A DNA stretch of 64,000 nucleotides, taken from contig NC_087249.1 of the NCBI RefSeq assembly GCF_037042905.1, forward strand, positions 42,718,001-42,782,000, written 5' to 3'. This DNA comes from Lytechinus pictus. Its lineage: Eukaryota. Below the pieces are notes generated by a model. That model searched no databases. It saw nothing but the letters and a program-made list of their open reading frames with translations, and was not told where the DNA came from. Positions 38,561-51,299 of the stretch are shown here, in pieces. Positions within the stretch are counted from its first letter, which is position 1. Each line of letters starts with the position of its first letter. Both the position numbers and the translations under genes were made by a program.

Positions 38561-40289
38561 TCATAAAGTAAAGTCATTATCATTACATTCGTCATTCGTC
38601 ACTTCAAAACATTACGTCCAAGAGATTGGACTGGGTGGGGGAGGGAAGGGGGCACCACACCCCACCAACACGGCCTCCGTCCCTACCACCACGGCTACAT
38701 CTGGTCCCTATCATCCATCCCCCGCGCTCTCCTCTCGGAATCCCAACCATGTCAGGATGTTTTTAATCAACATGGCGTCACATCACTCCCATTAATTGGT
38801 GGCCAGGGTCTCCCTTAACCTAATTGACAGACAGGCGTAGGATAACCATATAGGACTTCCACAACGGAATGGTATCAGAGGACATATCCACGGGCGCTTC
38901 TTTTTTTTTTCTACATCGAAATGGAAGTGCCAACATTAATACGGTAATGGTAATGATTCATATTGCACAACTATCCAGACTGATGAGGGAGATAGCCCTC
39001 GACGGTGCATTAAATATACAACAGTAAATTTGAAACTTTACTTACTATTCTTTTTTTTCTTCCTTAGCTGAATATCAAATATAGGCTGTATTTAGATCAA
39101 AATAATCATTTCAATGTATATTTATTTTTAGACAAAATTTTATTCTAATTCAGTTGAATTGCCTGTTAGAGATCGACGAAGCGCAAATAGCGCTTCGTAT
39201 TCCAGCCGTTAGCAAGGAGACGTACGTAAAATTATGATGGAACACAGTAGCGACGGCAAAGGAATGATGATGAGGGGGGGGGGGGGGGTGGCAGTCTCTT
39301 GATGGGATTCGAACCCTGTTGTGATGTTTTGATACTGACAAGAGAATCGACAATCATTTCATCCGACTGATATAGTCATTCATTTTTATCACAATCTTTA
39401 AGAAAAACACGAGTGATCTCTTTCATTGTGAACGTATATGGTCCTAACCTCCCAACATTTGTCATCCTTCATTTAGGCTTTAAGCACCCCTCTGCATCAA
39501 GCCAGGTAGACAATAATGATCCATGTTGAGCGGGCACCTTTTTAAATTTTGTGGTAACTTTTTACAAGGAATTCTTAACGCACTCTTTATTAAGTATTTT
39601 CATCTTGAACTTAAGGCCACTGTAGTTATGACGTCAGTCACTCCACACAAGACCGTGTTTGGGTACATTGTCAAGTTATCACTTGGCCATAAGTGGGGAG
39701 AGGGTGTTGATTTTTTTGGGGAAAGGGGCTAAAAAATAACAAGACACAATTGTAATGATTTGTTTTTCTTGTTTTTTGGACAGGGGACAATCGTCGTGAA
39801 ATGTATAAATCCACTATCGACAAGATGTGCTGCTATAAACTGGCCTTTCTTTGGCAAGATCTCACACTTTCGAGCCACCCCCTCATTTTTGAAGAAAAAA
39901 AAACACAATTAAAATAAATTCGAATGTTTAGAAGCTGGTCTACAACATTACAGGGACCAGGCTGTGCTTGTGTAACGTACATCAGAACCGCCAATCCGCT
40001 GCGACCCACCCTTCCCCCCAAAAATAAATAAATCACTTACACGTGTGAAAACGTTGCATAATCTTGCTTGCTTGTCATCTTGTCTGACGTTATCAACATC
40101 ATTAAATTAAACCCAGCTGAGCATCCCTTTAATTACAAGATTCCTACATCTCCAGTATTGTATGTGTGTGTGTGTGTGGGGGGGGGGGTGAGGAGGGTAA
40201 TTGCATGGGTTGCTTGGGGGTGGGGAAATAGGTACGGGGCGGGGGTCTAATTTCGAATTTCGATAGCCCTAACTTGCAGGTATACAAGA

Positions 40290-40528
40290 ACGCCGGTGTT
40301 AATTTAACACCGGCCTGGTATCTATATCGGAAAACGCCAGAGAAGTGTTGAAATCAACACAAATTTAGAATCAAATCGATACTTCGTTTAACACTGATGT
40401 TGCTTAAATGCCAAATTGATGTTAAAGGTTAGCCTAACACCAAGCCGGCGTTGTTTCAATACCTCTCTGGTGTTTTCCGATATAGATACCAGGTTGGTGT
40501 TAAATTAACACCGGTGTTTTTGCAGTGT
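40290..40528. mobile_element. Palindromic MITE with CACTGCAAAAA terminus (CACTA-like, tentative)
   Basis: ccggtgttaatttaacaccgg...ggtgttaaattaacaccggtgtttttgcagtg; a related fragment lies at ~19635-19702. Confidence 0.55.
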
Positions 40529-41026
40529 ATCCGAATTCATAATAGACACTCTTTGTGAGACCTATATTATTATTGGCAAAAGGAATTCCTGAATCAATGG
40601 AGGATCCAGGGAGGGGCACATCCGGCCCGTACCCCTTGATATAGAGGCATAACAAATATATATTTTTTGAGGGGAATATGTCATGCATGCGCAAATGAGG
40701 ACCCCCTTTTTTGGCGGTCTAATTTTTCCTGACACGAATCACCATTCATTCGGAGTCTTTACTGGGGAGCTTGTCAAGTTTTTTTGGACAAAATACCCCC
40801 CCCCCTTTTTGGAAAGTCCTTGATCCGCCCCTACTATGAATGTCTTAATAATTGAGAGAATTCAACACGGATTGGTCCAGGATTCAACATAGAGGGGCGC
40901 ACAAGGAAATATGAAAATAGAGGGGACAATTATTTTCTAAGATCTTTGCAGGCCCACCCTTCTTCGGGAGCGTTTCAGGAAAGAACTTATAGATGTTTCA
41001 TCTGACAAAGCATGTTTAATCCGACA

Positions 41027-41247
41027 CAGGGGCGGATCCAGGAATTTCCAAAAGGGGGGCACATTTTCCCCCGAAAAAAATTTGACAAGAAAATAACAAA
41101 AGGGTTTTCACCAAAAATTGAAGGTCATTTCGTCCACGGGCACACTTGTGTGAGAATGGCATATTTATATATTTTTGTAATATGGCTCTCAAGGGGGGGG
41201 GGGGGGGGCACGGGTCGGATGTGGCTCACCCCCTGGATTCGCCACTG
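41027..41247. mobile_element. Short hAT-like MITE nested in a Harbinger-like MITE
   Basis: CAGGGGCGGATCCAGG/CCTGGATTCGCCACTG; perfect 8-bp TSD ATCCGACA (41019-41026, 41248-41255). Confidence 0.85.
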
Positions 41248-41689
41248 ATCCGACATTTACCACATTACTTAGCATCTCAGCCAAATCATAACCAAGGGAA
41301 GTTGCCAGATCCGACGACCTGTCTGATGAAATATGTTTAATGAAAATTATAGTAGATAATTTTGATATAAATTACAAAAGAAATAGTGAGTGGGTGACGT
41401 CATCAGTTCCCTCTTGTGCATATACTGACTAGGATGAGCATGACTGTTTTGTGAAATAACGTTGAAACTGTCATAACTTTCTCATTTTACGTCCGATTTG
41501 ATGAGATTTTCAGTAGTAAGCTCGTTTGATTGTTCTTTTTATTCAAATGAACATTTTGGGGTGGATTTTCCATTTAACGACGTTCAAACTCCTCCCTCTC
41601 TCTCGTACTTCCATGTATATCAGTACGCACACACTTTTCTTTATCCCTCTCTCCCCCTCCCTCATCTTCCTATGGCTCACTCTCCCATC

Positions 41690-42122
41690 TCCCACTGCCA
41701 ATTTGTCTTCTGCCAACTTGTCCACTCACGGTCACCGCATAGTCTACTTTCATTTAGCCTAATGCCCTTCCGTCCATCCACATTTCGTCTAACAACCATT
41801 TGGTCCAATAACCATTTGGTCCAATCATCACTTCGTTTAATCACTATTTCCTCTATGACCAGTTCGTCTCATAAGTCATAACCAGTTGGTCTAATATCCA
41901 TTTAATTTTCAAACAGTTAACACTTAGTCCAATTAGACCAAATGGTATATAATGGACTAAATGGCTAGTGGACCAAATGGATATTAGACGAAATGGTGAA
42001 TGGACGAATTGGCAATTAGACCAAGTGGATACTGGACGAACTGATGGCAGACCAAATGATAGTAGACGTCTAGGCGAGTAGGCAATTGGACGAATTGACA
42101 TAAGACGAATCGGAAATAAACC
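41690..42122. mobile_element. Further copy of the Merlin-like fold-back MITE (opposite orientation)
   Basis: Ends in gaatcggaaataaacc, the reverse complement of the 736 terminus. Same sub-repeats; left end degraded. Confidence 0.65.
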
Positions 42123-45061
42123 AGTTCATTTGGATCCTCTTTTTCTTTCTCTCTCCCACATATACCCGCGTCCTAGCTCTCATCTTCTTATTTCAACCAT
42201 GTCCATGTTTCAACCCTCAATCAAGTCCATACTTATAATGGCATTCAGAACTCTGGCCTTTTCACATCGCACACTCTCCAAAACATATTGAACTCCAATA
42301 GTACAATAAACATGAAGTCAAATTCATTCAATTGATTTTCTCAAGATTTTAATGCCTTCCTGGAAAATAAATAATATAATAAAATAGAACTTCAAATATT
42401 TCCTCCTTACGACATCGAATGCATGATAAATAACCTCATGATCGTGTTGAATTTCCAACTTTCAATCACGAAGCAAGGATAATAAAGTTGATAAAAATTG
42501 CATTACATTTTGATACATTCGTGAACTGATATAAAGGACTATTATGTCTGGAACCGATTCCACATATACGGTCAAATATTTGAGTAAACCGGTTGTGCTA
42601 AAATCAATCAAATATACACTGTTTTTTATGATTGTATCCCATTAAAAATGATTGGAAAATATGAATATTAAAATGTGAAAAATCTTGCTCGGATAATGAT
42701 TTTAAAATCTGTTAACACGGAAGGTCATAAAATACTTGTGATAACATTTAAAATCAATGTGAAGTAAAAAGATTTTATTTCATCTGCTGAGTGGCAATAG
42801 ATGTGTGAAATAAAAATGATTTTCCGTATTAGTCACTGACTTTCTGTTCTAAAACATGAAATGTGGAATCAATTCAGAAAATTAGGCACATTTTGTAGAA
42901 ATATTCTTTCTAAGTAATGTTTGGGCCGTCTCCTTAAGTACCCGATCCAACTGGACCAACTCACTGGATAAATGATCTTCTCTTACAGTAAATATGTCTT
43001 TATTCACAAAGCCAACTTCGTTTAAAAAATACATTAAAATACCCTTAATACACTATTAAAATGGTGAAATAGCCAATAGGAAATATTCAAGGGTAGTGCA
43101 TTCCAAAATTGAAATTATATTTTGCTATTTTCAAAATATCGTTAATTATATAAAAAGACAAAGTCAGGATATAATTTCAATTTCAAGATTGGCAATACCT
43201 CACCCTAAGTATATAATCTGAGCCGAGTTTACATTAAAGATGAACATCATGTACCCGATATAATTATTGAATACCTGTACGTACTCTTTTCGCTAAGAAA
43301 GTAAAGGTATCAAGATCGGATATACTTGTAACTTATTTTGATCACGATAACCGTTTCTGGAAATCTACAATTAATAGCCTGCCCTCTTGCGTCGTACATG
43401 TATAAAAGTCACAATACACTTGGGAGAGCGGGAAATTCCATCGTACTTTATCATGCCGTCAAAAAGTATGGATTTTTATAGATACCCCATGAAAAAAATG
43501 TCAGAATACATGTAGTACAATTGTTTTCAGCACACATGTGTACTATTACTATATTTCAAGGAAAGTATGTCTCGTTTTTACATCAAATCTTGTCTGTATA
43601 TTATCTGCATACACCTAAGAATTCAAAGTACTCTACTTTGTCTCCTTCATAAACGGGATTTCACTTTCCATGAGTTGAATTGGCGGCCAATTATTTGAAA
43701 AGTTGTCACCCAATCTTGGATATTTGTTCCTCTCTGTATTATTCAGACTGGCTAACTTTTCTCCCCTCCGAGCTGTATTATTAGGTTTATTTCTATTGGA
43801 TCTCGATAGAAAAGGTGTAGAAACCTTACAAAGTGGCTGGCAAACCGGTGGATAATCTCTGCATGGTTCAAAACGTGAAATGAATTGATTCCACATTAAG
43901 GTTTTCTTTTTTTATAAGTTCTTTTTTGTAAACAATTGGCAGTGAGTTGTTTACAGAAGTAGCAGAGGCAGGAATGCTTGCACAAAATAGTGGAGGAGGT
44001 CCGTTTTTTCTAGTTTGCCTTTAAAACGAGCGTATGGGCCTATACTTCTTTTCCCTTTTTTACCAGACTCAAATCAAATAGTAGCTATCGGATTATCAAG
44101 CGGGATTTATTGGCAATTCAATTAGACCTAAAGTATGGACATTCAAATTGATGAAGAAACGTGATGTATGTAGGCACTGTATATCGGTAAACGTCTGAAA
44201 ACATATCATTTCTGAAGGCAATCATTTAAATAAATGCATAGGGGGGAAAATATCCTTCATAATTATCACACTGTCATATTTCGACCTCCAAATATGTAAT
44301 GACGATATCATAATCCAATAACACTTTTCAATATGTTGTATAACACATTACTGAGTTTTACAGAATATAAATCTTTACATACTCTCTCATAGCTTAAATG
44401 AACTCTTACAAATTTGTTTATACTCTATGTGACATACTGAAAATATACACGAAGTGTAATATTATAAGAAACAAAAAACTGAATACAACGGTGGCAGTGT
44501 TTAGGAATACAAGAACGACAAACGAACAAATAAAAAGGAGGAAAGTTTATGAAGAAAATAGAATGACTAGACATGAATACTTAGTATTGTAAGGCATTAA
44601 TTTGTATGATAAGTTTAGAACTGTTATTCGGAACATCATGTTCTTACAAGAAATACAAACCAAAGAGACAGATTAGAAAAAATAAATAAAGCAATTTGAC
44701 TTGAATTTTGGTCAAAATGCGAGTACGTGGGGCAAATTTCGTTTGAATTGACCGATAGTAAGCGGGGCACAAAGAGTTCAATACGTATTTAACTCTATGG
44801 CGGGTGGACATTAATCGTGTAAAAACGAAGAGACAACGCATGCGCAGAGAGGTTCGTTGGTTCTCCGTTCCATCTCGATCTCACGTTCTTCTTCATCAAA
44901 GGAACATAATCATGTGCAACATCAAGACTTGTGTGGATTACATGTACAGTAAGGAAGTAGCAACTCTGAATGAGTAGGACAAAGTTTTACTTCATTTACA
45001 CGTGTGACCGAGTAGCGAGAAATCGCAAATTGACTGAACTCTAAACGTCTATGAATGTTAA

Positions 45062-45653
45062 AGGTCAAGTCCACCCCAGGAAAATGCTGACTTGAATAGA
45101 TAGAGAAAAATCAAACTAACATAGTGCTGAAAATTTCATCAAAATCGAATGGAAAATAAGAAAGTTATGACATTTTATTATTTCGCTTATTTTTCACAAA
45201 ACAGTGATATGTACAACTAGGTGAGTCAGTCGATGATGTCCATCACTCACTATTTCTTTTGTTTTTTATTGTTTGAATTATACAATATTTCATTTTTTAT
45301 AGATTTGACAATAAGGACCAACTTGACTGAACCATATATTATTAAACAATGCTAATTCCACATGTTCAGGGAGGAATTAATTGTTGTATCACTTGACAAT
45401 GAGGAGAAAATTAGAATATTTCATATTTCATATAATAAAATACAAAAGAAATAGTGAGTGGATGACGTCATCAGTCTCCTCATTTGCATACCGACCAGGA
45501 TGTGCATATAACTTTTTTGTGAAATTAAGCGAAACTTTAAAATGTCATAACTTTTTTATTTTACATCCGATTTTGATGAAATTTTCAGTGTTATGCTTGT
45601 TGGATTTTTCTCTTTTTTATTAAATCAACATTTTGTTGGGGTGGACTTGTCCT
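45062..45653 (+). mobile_element. TTAA (Kolobok-like) MITE family A
   Basis: TTAA on both flanks; TIR AGG(T/A)CAAGTCCACCCCA. Confidence 0.9.
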
Positions 45654-45832
45654 TTAAATTGTTTTCAAAATGTATAAACCCTATCGCCAAACGACGACGC
45701 TCATGTCCGTCTCTAATCGCACATCTTTCATGGTTTGTACCAATGTGATGAAAATATGAAGATGCAGTAATTTCGAGAACTCTTCATCTTCCCTATGAGG
45801 TGCGCATCGACAACAGAATCCATAACATTTAA

Positions 45833-46433
45833 AGGACAAGTCCACCCCAATAAAAAAAGTTGATTCGAATAAAAAGAGAAAATCCAACCAGCATAACACT
45901 GAAAATTTCATCAAAATCGGATGTAAAATAAGAAAGTTATGACATTTTAAATTTTGCTTGATTTCACAAAAACAGTTATGCACATCCTGGTCGGTATGCA
46001 AATGAGCAGAATGATGACATCATCCACTCACTATTTTGTTTTGTATTTTATTGTAAGATATATTAATATTCTAATTTTCTTCTCACTGTCAAGAGAACAA
46101 CGATTAATTCCTCCCTGAACATGTGGAATTAGCATTGTTTAAAACTGTGTGGTTCAGTCAAGTGGGTCCTTATTAGGAAATCTGTAAAAAATGAAATATT
46201 GTATAATTCAAATAATAAAATCAAAAGAAATAGTGAGTGAAGGTCATCATCGACTATCTCAATTGCATGTCGTTGAATTGTGCATATCACCGTTTTGTGA
46301 AAAATAAGCGAAACTTTAAAATGTTATAACTTTCTTATTTTACATCCGATTTTGATGAAATTTTCAGCGTTATGCTAGTTTGATTTTTCTCTATTTATTC
46401 AAATGAAAACTTTTTCTGGGGTGGACTTGACCT
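45833..46433 (-). mobile_element. TTAA (Kolobok-like) MITE family A, inverted relative to its neighbour
   Basis: TTAA on both flanks (45829-45832, 46434-46437); same TIR. Confidence 0.9.
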
Positions 46434-46517
46434 TTAAGTAACCGATGTTGCATTCGGCATGGAATACCTATGCTGAAAGCGGGGAGTTAACCTACGCAGT
46501 CTGCAATACCGTTTGAC

Positions 46518-47412
46518 AACAAGTGGAATGCCTCTGGCCGTCTCACCTGCATCACGCGATTCAATATAGCAGCAGTGCTGATTTTGAAAACTACTATAAC
46601 TCGCACAAGATGTTCAGTGATACTTGGTTACTCTTATTTCCACGTTTTATGAACTAGACCAATACACTTATAGAGATATGATGGCAATTCAACAAATACC
46701 CCCAACGTGGCCAAAGTTCTTTGACCTTACATGACCTTTGACCTTGATCATGTGACCTGAAACTCGCACAGGATGTTCAGTGATACTTGATTACTATTAT
46801 GTCCAAGTTTTATGAACTAGACCAACACACTTTCAAATTTATGGCTGTAATTCAACAAATACCCCAATTTGGCCAAAGTTCATTGACCCTAAATGACCTT
46901 TGACCTTGATCATGTGACCTGAAACTTGCACAGGATGTTCAGTAATACTTGATTACTATTATGTCCAAGTTTCATGAATCAGATCCATAAACTTTCAAAG
47001 TTATGATGGTAATTCAACAGATACCCCCAATTCGGCCAAAGTTCATTGACCCTAAATGACCTTTGACCTTGGTCATGTGACGTGAAACTCATGCAGGATG
47101 TTCAGTGATACTTGATTAACCTCATGTATAAGTTTCATGAACTAGGTCCATATAATTTCTAAGTTATGATGACATTTCAAAAACTTAACCTTAGGTTAAG
47201 ATTTTGATGTTGATTCCCCCAACATGGTCTAAGTTCATTGACCCTAAGTGACCTTTGACCTTGGTCATGTGACATGAAACTCAGGCAGGATGTTCAGTAA
47301 TACTTGATTAACCTTATGGCCAAGTTTCATGAACTAGGTCCATATACTTTCTAAGTTAGGCTGTCATTTCAAAAACTTAACCTCAGGTTAAGATTTGGTG
47401 TTGACGCCGCCG

Positions 47413-47455
<43 letters not shown>

Positions 47456-47511
47456 CGCCGTCGGAAAAGCGGCGCCTATAGTCTCACTCTGCTATGCAGG
47501 TGAGACAAAAA
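46518..47511 (+). mobile_element. Helentron-associated (HINE/DINE-1/Tsp-like) non-autonomous element with internal ~163-bp tandem repeats
   Basis: Starts AACAAG. Subterminal inverted repeat gtctcacctgcat (46540-46552)/atgcaggtgagac (47494-47506), 3' stem-loop 47481-47506, core units at 46606, 46769, 46931, 47094 and 47286, (GCC)n tract 47406-47462, A-rich end, no TSD. Confidence 0.75.
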
Positions 47512-50500
47512 TGACTATCATTTCTCAATTCCATCCTGGTCGCAGCCAGTACATGTTGTAAATAGGCTTGGACAGAGACGTCCATTGTGCTCGTTCAAAG
47601 TCATTTGTTTATCTGTAGGCAGCAGAGCCAAGCACTCGATCAGTAACAGATGCTTAAATCGGCAACATACATAATACAGCGGCCGAGACCCATTAGCCAA
47701 ATTACCCGAGGTACCTTCATTTCCGGTACTCAAATGGCTCTAACGACACAACAATGGCTCAATGCAATTTCCTGCGTGGCCGAGAATTAAAATAAATGAT
47801 TTTCTTTTCCGTTTCGTTAAAAAGAAAATAAAAGAGAGGCAGAAAGATAGAGGTAGGAAAAAAGGGTTGAAAGCAGGCGACAAAAACAGCGCAGGTAAGC
47901 AATGCAAAACATTGAAAACAAAGAAAAGTGAACAATGGGTATTACGCGTGAATTCATAATCGTAGGCGCAATCTCTTTATGATACATTTCCTGTACTGAA
48001 ACAGGCGTCGCATTGAAGAGTATGTTTGTTCATTAAGTAAAAACAGGAAGGCGTAAATTTAAAACTATCGACAGATAAAAAGAGATAAGCAAGCATGTAG
48101 ATGTGAGAAATAAATTCAGAGAAAAACAATAGCAATAACAAAACCCTCTACGAAAGGGTTAAAAAAAAAAACACGATCTGAATTGATTTATTGATTAAAA
48201 GGAAATCGTATATTGAGATAGGGAGTGTGTGACTGTGTGACACTATAACCGCCCATTATAATTTTTTTTGTGTGTGAGTGTAAGGGGGTGGGGGATGGGG
48301 CTGGCCGACCCGGGGGGTGATGCTATGAAGGAAGCTATAGGCTCCTAGGGCTCGGTGGATGAATAAAGATATCGGATTAAGCACAACAGGGTATCAACCG
48401 AAAGTGTTCCAAAGGGGTTCAAACAGTTCCGCGGGGGAGCCCAAGCGAAGCAAGCCCCATAGAGTGGAATGCTTAATTGCTTCCCTTCGTCGTATTTTGA
48501 TCGATATCGTAATCTGTTGGTCAATAAGCCTGCTTTTTAATTTCCGATCTGCTCACTGCCGCTATTGTTTACAGACCCAAGCCACTCTTGCACTCCCTTT
48601 ACAAGACTGACAACTAAAACATAGTCTTATTGGGACCATAAGCGAGGCCCCCAACTCCAGCAAATAAAACCTTTTCCTGATGCAGATTTGATAATCAATG
48701 ACCATTTCGGTCAATTATTAATACTTTTAAATTGTATGATATATTTCCCCCTTTTGTGGCGGTGCATTATCCTGACCCCCGCCCCCAAAAAAGTCAGCAA
48801 CCTTTACGACAGGGACAAGCATGCAGTAGTCTTATTTTAGTGGAGTTCGAACACTATTATTATCCCGTGCCACCAACCTGAAAATGAATAAAAAGTCAGT
48901 AATAATCACGAATAACATTGCCCTAGGATGATCGACATGTCCATTTTTTCAGCTTCCATCAGCCCGACATAATGATTGCAAAAAGAGCGAGAGAAGGGTC
49001 TGTTTTTCTTGGCTTTTCACATCAGGTTTTAACAAGACCCAAGTTATTTTCATTTGGTAGCGCGGATGGGAAGGCGCAGTTCCGACATGGAATTATGACG
49101 AACAATGCGTTCAGGAAAAGATTTATTTTTTGCCTTTTCTCTCATATATTTTCCCTTCTCCCGCATGTTTGGATTTGTTAGCGTTCTACGTCAACAAACA
49201 AGAACGTTTTGTAGGTAAACATTGCTTCCAAAAAGCATTCCCAATTACGCCGAGCCCCAATTTCTGCTTCCCATTGTAAAGAGAAAAAAAAAATGGTCTG
49301 AAAGTTCGTGAACAAATCGCAAAGTAGTCATTAAGGGACAAAGAAAGAAAAGAGGGAATCAGAGACATTACTGATAAATAGAAAAATGAAATGAGACTTG
49401 TTAAATTAGTGAGTGATGACAAATATTGTCAATGTTCGTATTCTGTTGTTAGTTTCCTAACGTCGGAAAAGCATGAACAACATGCTATTATGCAACATAA
49501 AATGAATACTCTTTCCTCTTCAAAGCTACTGCAACAATGTGAAAATTTGGTTAATTGGGTGTAAATGGCATTTCAAAATCGTAAAAGTTAGGGTGAAGTG
49601 AACTAATGAAATATTTGGAACTTATAAGGAAGTGATTGCATAATATCAATTGTGCAATGTCACCATTTAAAAAGATGCATATTCTAACGATATGAAAGGA
49701 TTTAGACTACATTACAGGCTTAAATGAAAAACTGAAAATTTGAAGTTCACAAATTTATGTATATGGGCTTAAAAACAACATGTATACATTGATGTGATCC
49801 ATATGACACGCCATGTGCAACCTTACACCTTTCTAGAAATATAGGTAGTTCACTAAATCAAACCATTGATATCTTTATAAATATGCATGACGTTACAGTA
49901 TGTAAAGTTTGAATCACAAGTTCAGGACGAACTTTTTTTTCAACAATAAACAAGCGCGAACATTATTTGCAGACGTCATTATTCGAGAAAATCAATTTAA
50001 ACGTAAAAATGAATTTCAGAATTCACCATCATGGTGCAGACAGATGACAATTAGAGATTGAAGGGTCTAAATGAGCACGGTTATTTTTGTTAACCCTTTC
50101 CAACAAGCAAGTTCATTGGGGTCTCCGAGCGCGAAACTAGCGCGAGACCGAGGTAATGAACTTGCGCACACACGGTATTGAGTTTGTGCTCCACCCCTCC
50201 GGCTGGCGATGCAGGAAAGCGCATTGTGAAACGAGCGGCAGGCCAGGGCGAATTCGGGTCTCCTCTGCGCTTCCCACAATATACAAGCCGTGTCCTGGTT
50301 TGTAATTATTTTCTGGTGCAATGATTATATTGCTTGTTATTGTTGGAGTAATGCACACACAAAGAACCAAATCGGCGACGGAGCCCCTGCCCAAAAGAGC
50401 GAGGAATAAAAGTTTTTTTTTCTTCTTCAAAAGACCTGCGGAATTCTGCTTGAATGGTGAGCAAAAGGGGAAGGGAAATGGTTTATTCACTGGAGCAACG

Positions 50501-51127
50501 TTCCGGTGGACTTGAAAGTCTGAAGAAAATAAATGGAAACAAGGAAGGGGTTACAAGAGAGGGTAAATTTGAATTTGGTCATTGCAATTGCAGAATTTAG
50601 CTTGATGCAGTAATTAAATGAATGCGAAAAACACGAATTGCAACTACAAAAAAAAATTAAGGTTGCACATGCAGGGTTTTAAACAAAAGTCGTCGGCTGA
50701 CGAAGTGCTTTTCCCTTCAATTTTGTTTTGGGGGGTGGGGTTATCAAACGAATGCCTACAACTACAAGTGTGAATACTCTATAGACCAAGCTATACGTGT
50801 AGGCCTATATATTTAGGAGGGCTAACTTTAAATATGTGAAAATGAAAAGTAACGTCCCAGAACTGTTCACAAAGATGTCAAATTGTCGACAATGGGTTCA
50901 ATTATATGGCTCGAATAATGATGTCAATTGCAGCTTAATGTTAAAAAGGAAGCCATTCTTACAATTCGGCTTGGTTTTGGTTCTGGACTACTCGAAGGCT
51001 AGAAGCAAATATACCGAGTCCGACTTGAAAGGTTTATTGAAATTGCCTGCTTGCATGCGCAGAATTGAAGCAACGGCCGGTCTTCGTTCTTCACCGGAAA
51101 AAAGAGTGGTAAAAAGGCAGGCACCTG

Positions 51128-51299
51128 GTGGGTGTTTCATAAAGCTGTTCGTAAGTTAAGAGCGACTTTAAGAACGACTGGTGATCCTTTCTTGTGGTAA
51201 ATGGTATATTCATTGGCGATGGTTAAACGCGTAAGAAAGGTTCACCAGTCGTTCTTAAAAGTCGCTCTTAACTTACGAACAGCTTTATGAAACGGCCCC
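51128..51299. mobile_element. PIF/Harbinger-like palindromic MITE
   Basis: ~60-bp inverted arms (gtttcataaagctgttcgtaagttaagagcgacttt...); 3-bp TSD CTG (51125-51127, 51300-51302). Confidence 0.85.

Noticed and set aside
38099-38566. 155-aa His-rich ORF and antisense Met-rich ORF
   Set aside because: Translation of a CAT/CAC microsatellite; no splice or domain support.
42400-43150. Possible decayed L1/Tx1 ORF2 C-terminus (TFC...ESI...HF-like remnants); similar hints at 11620-11950 and 3424-3780
   Set aside because: Too many stops and frameshifts to support by eye; it needs tBLASTn against a repeat protein library.
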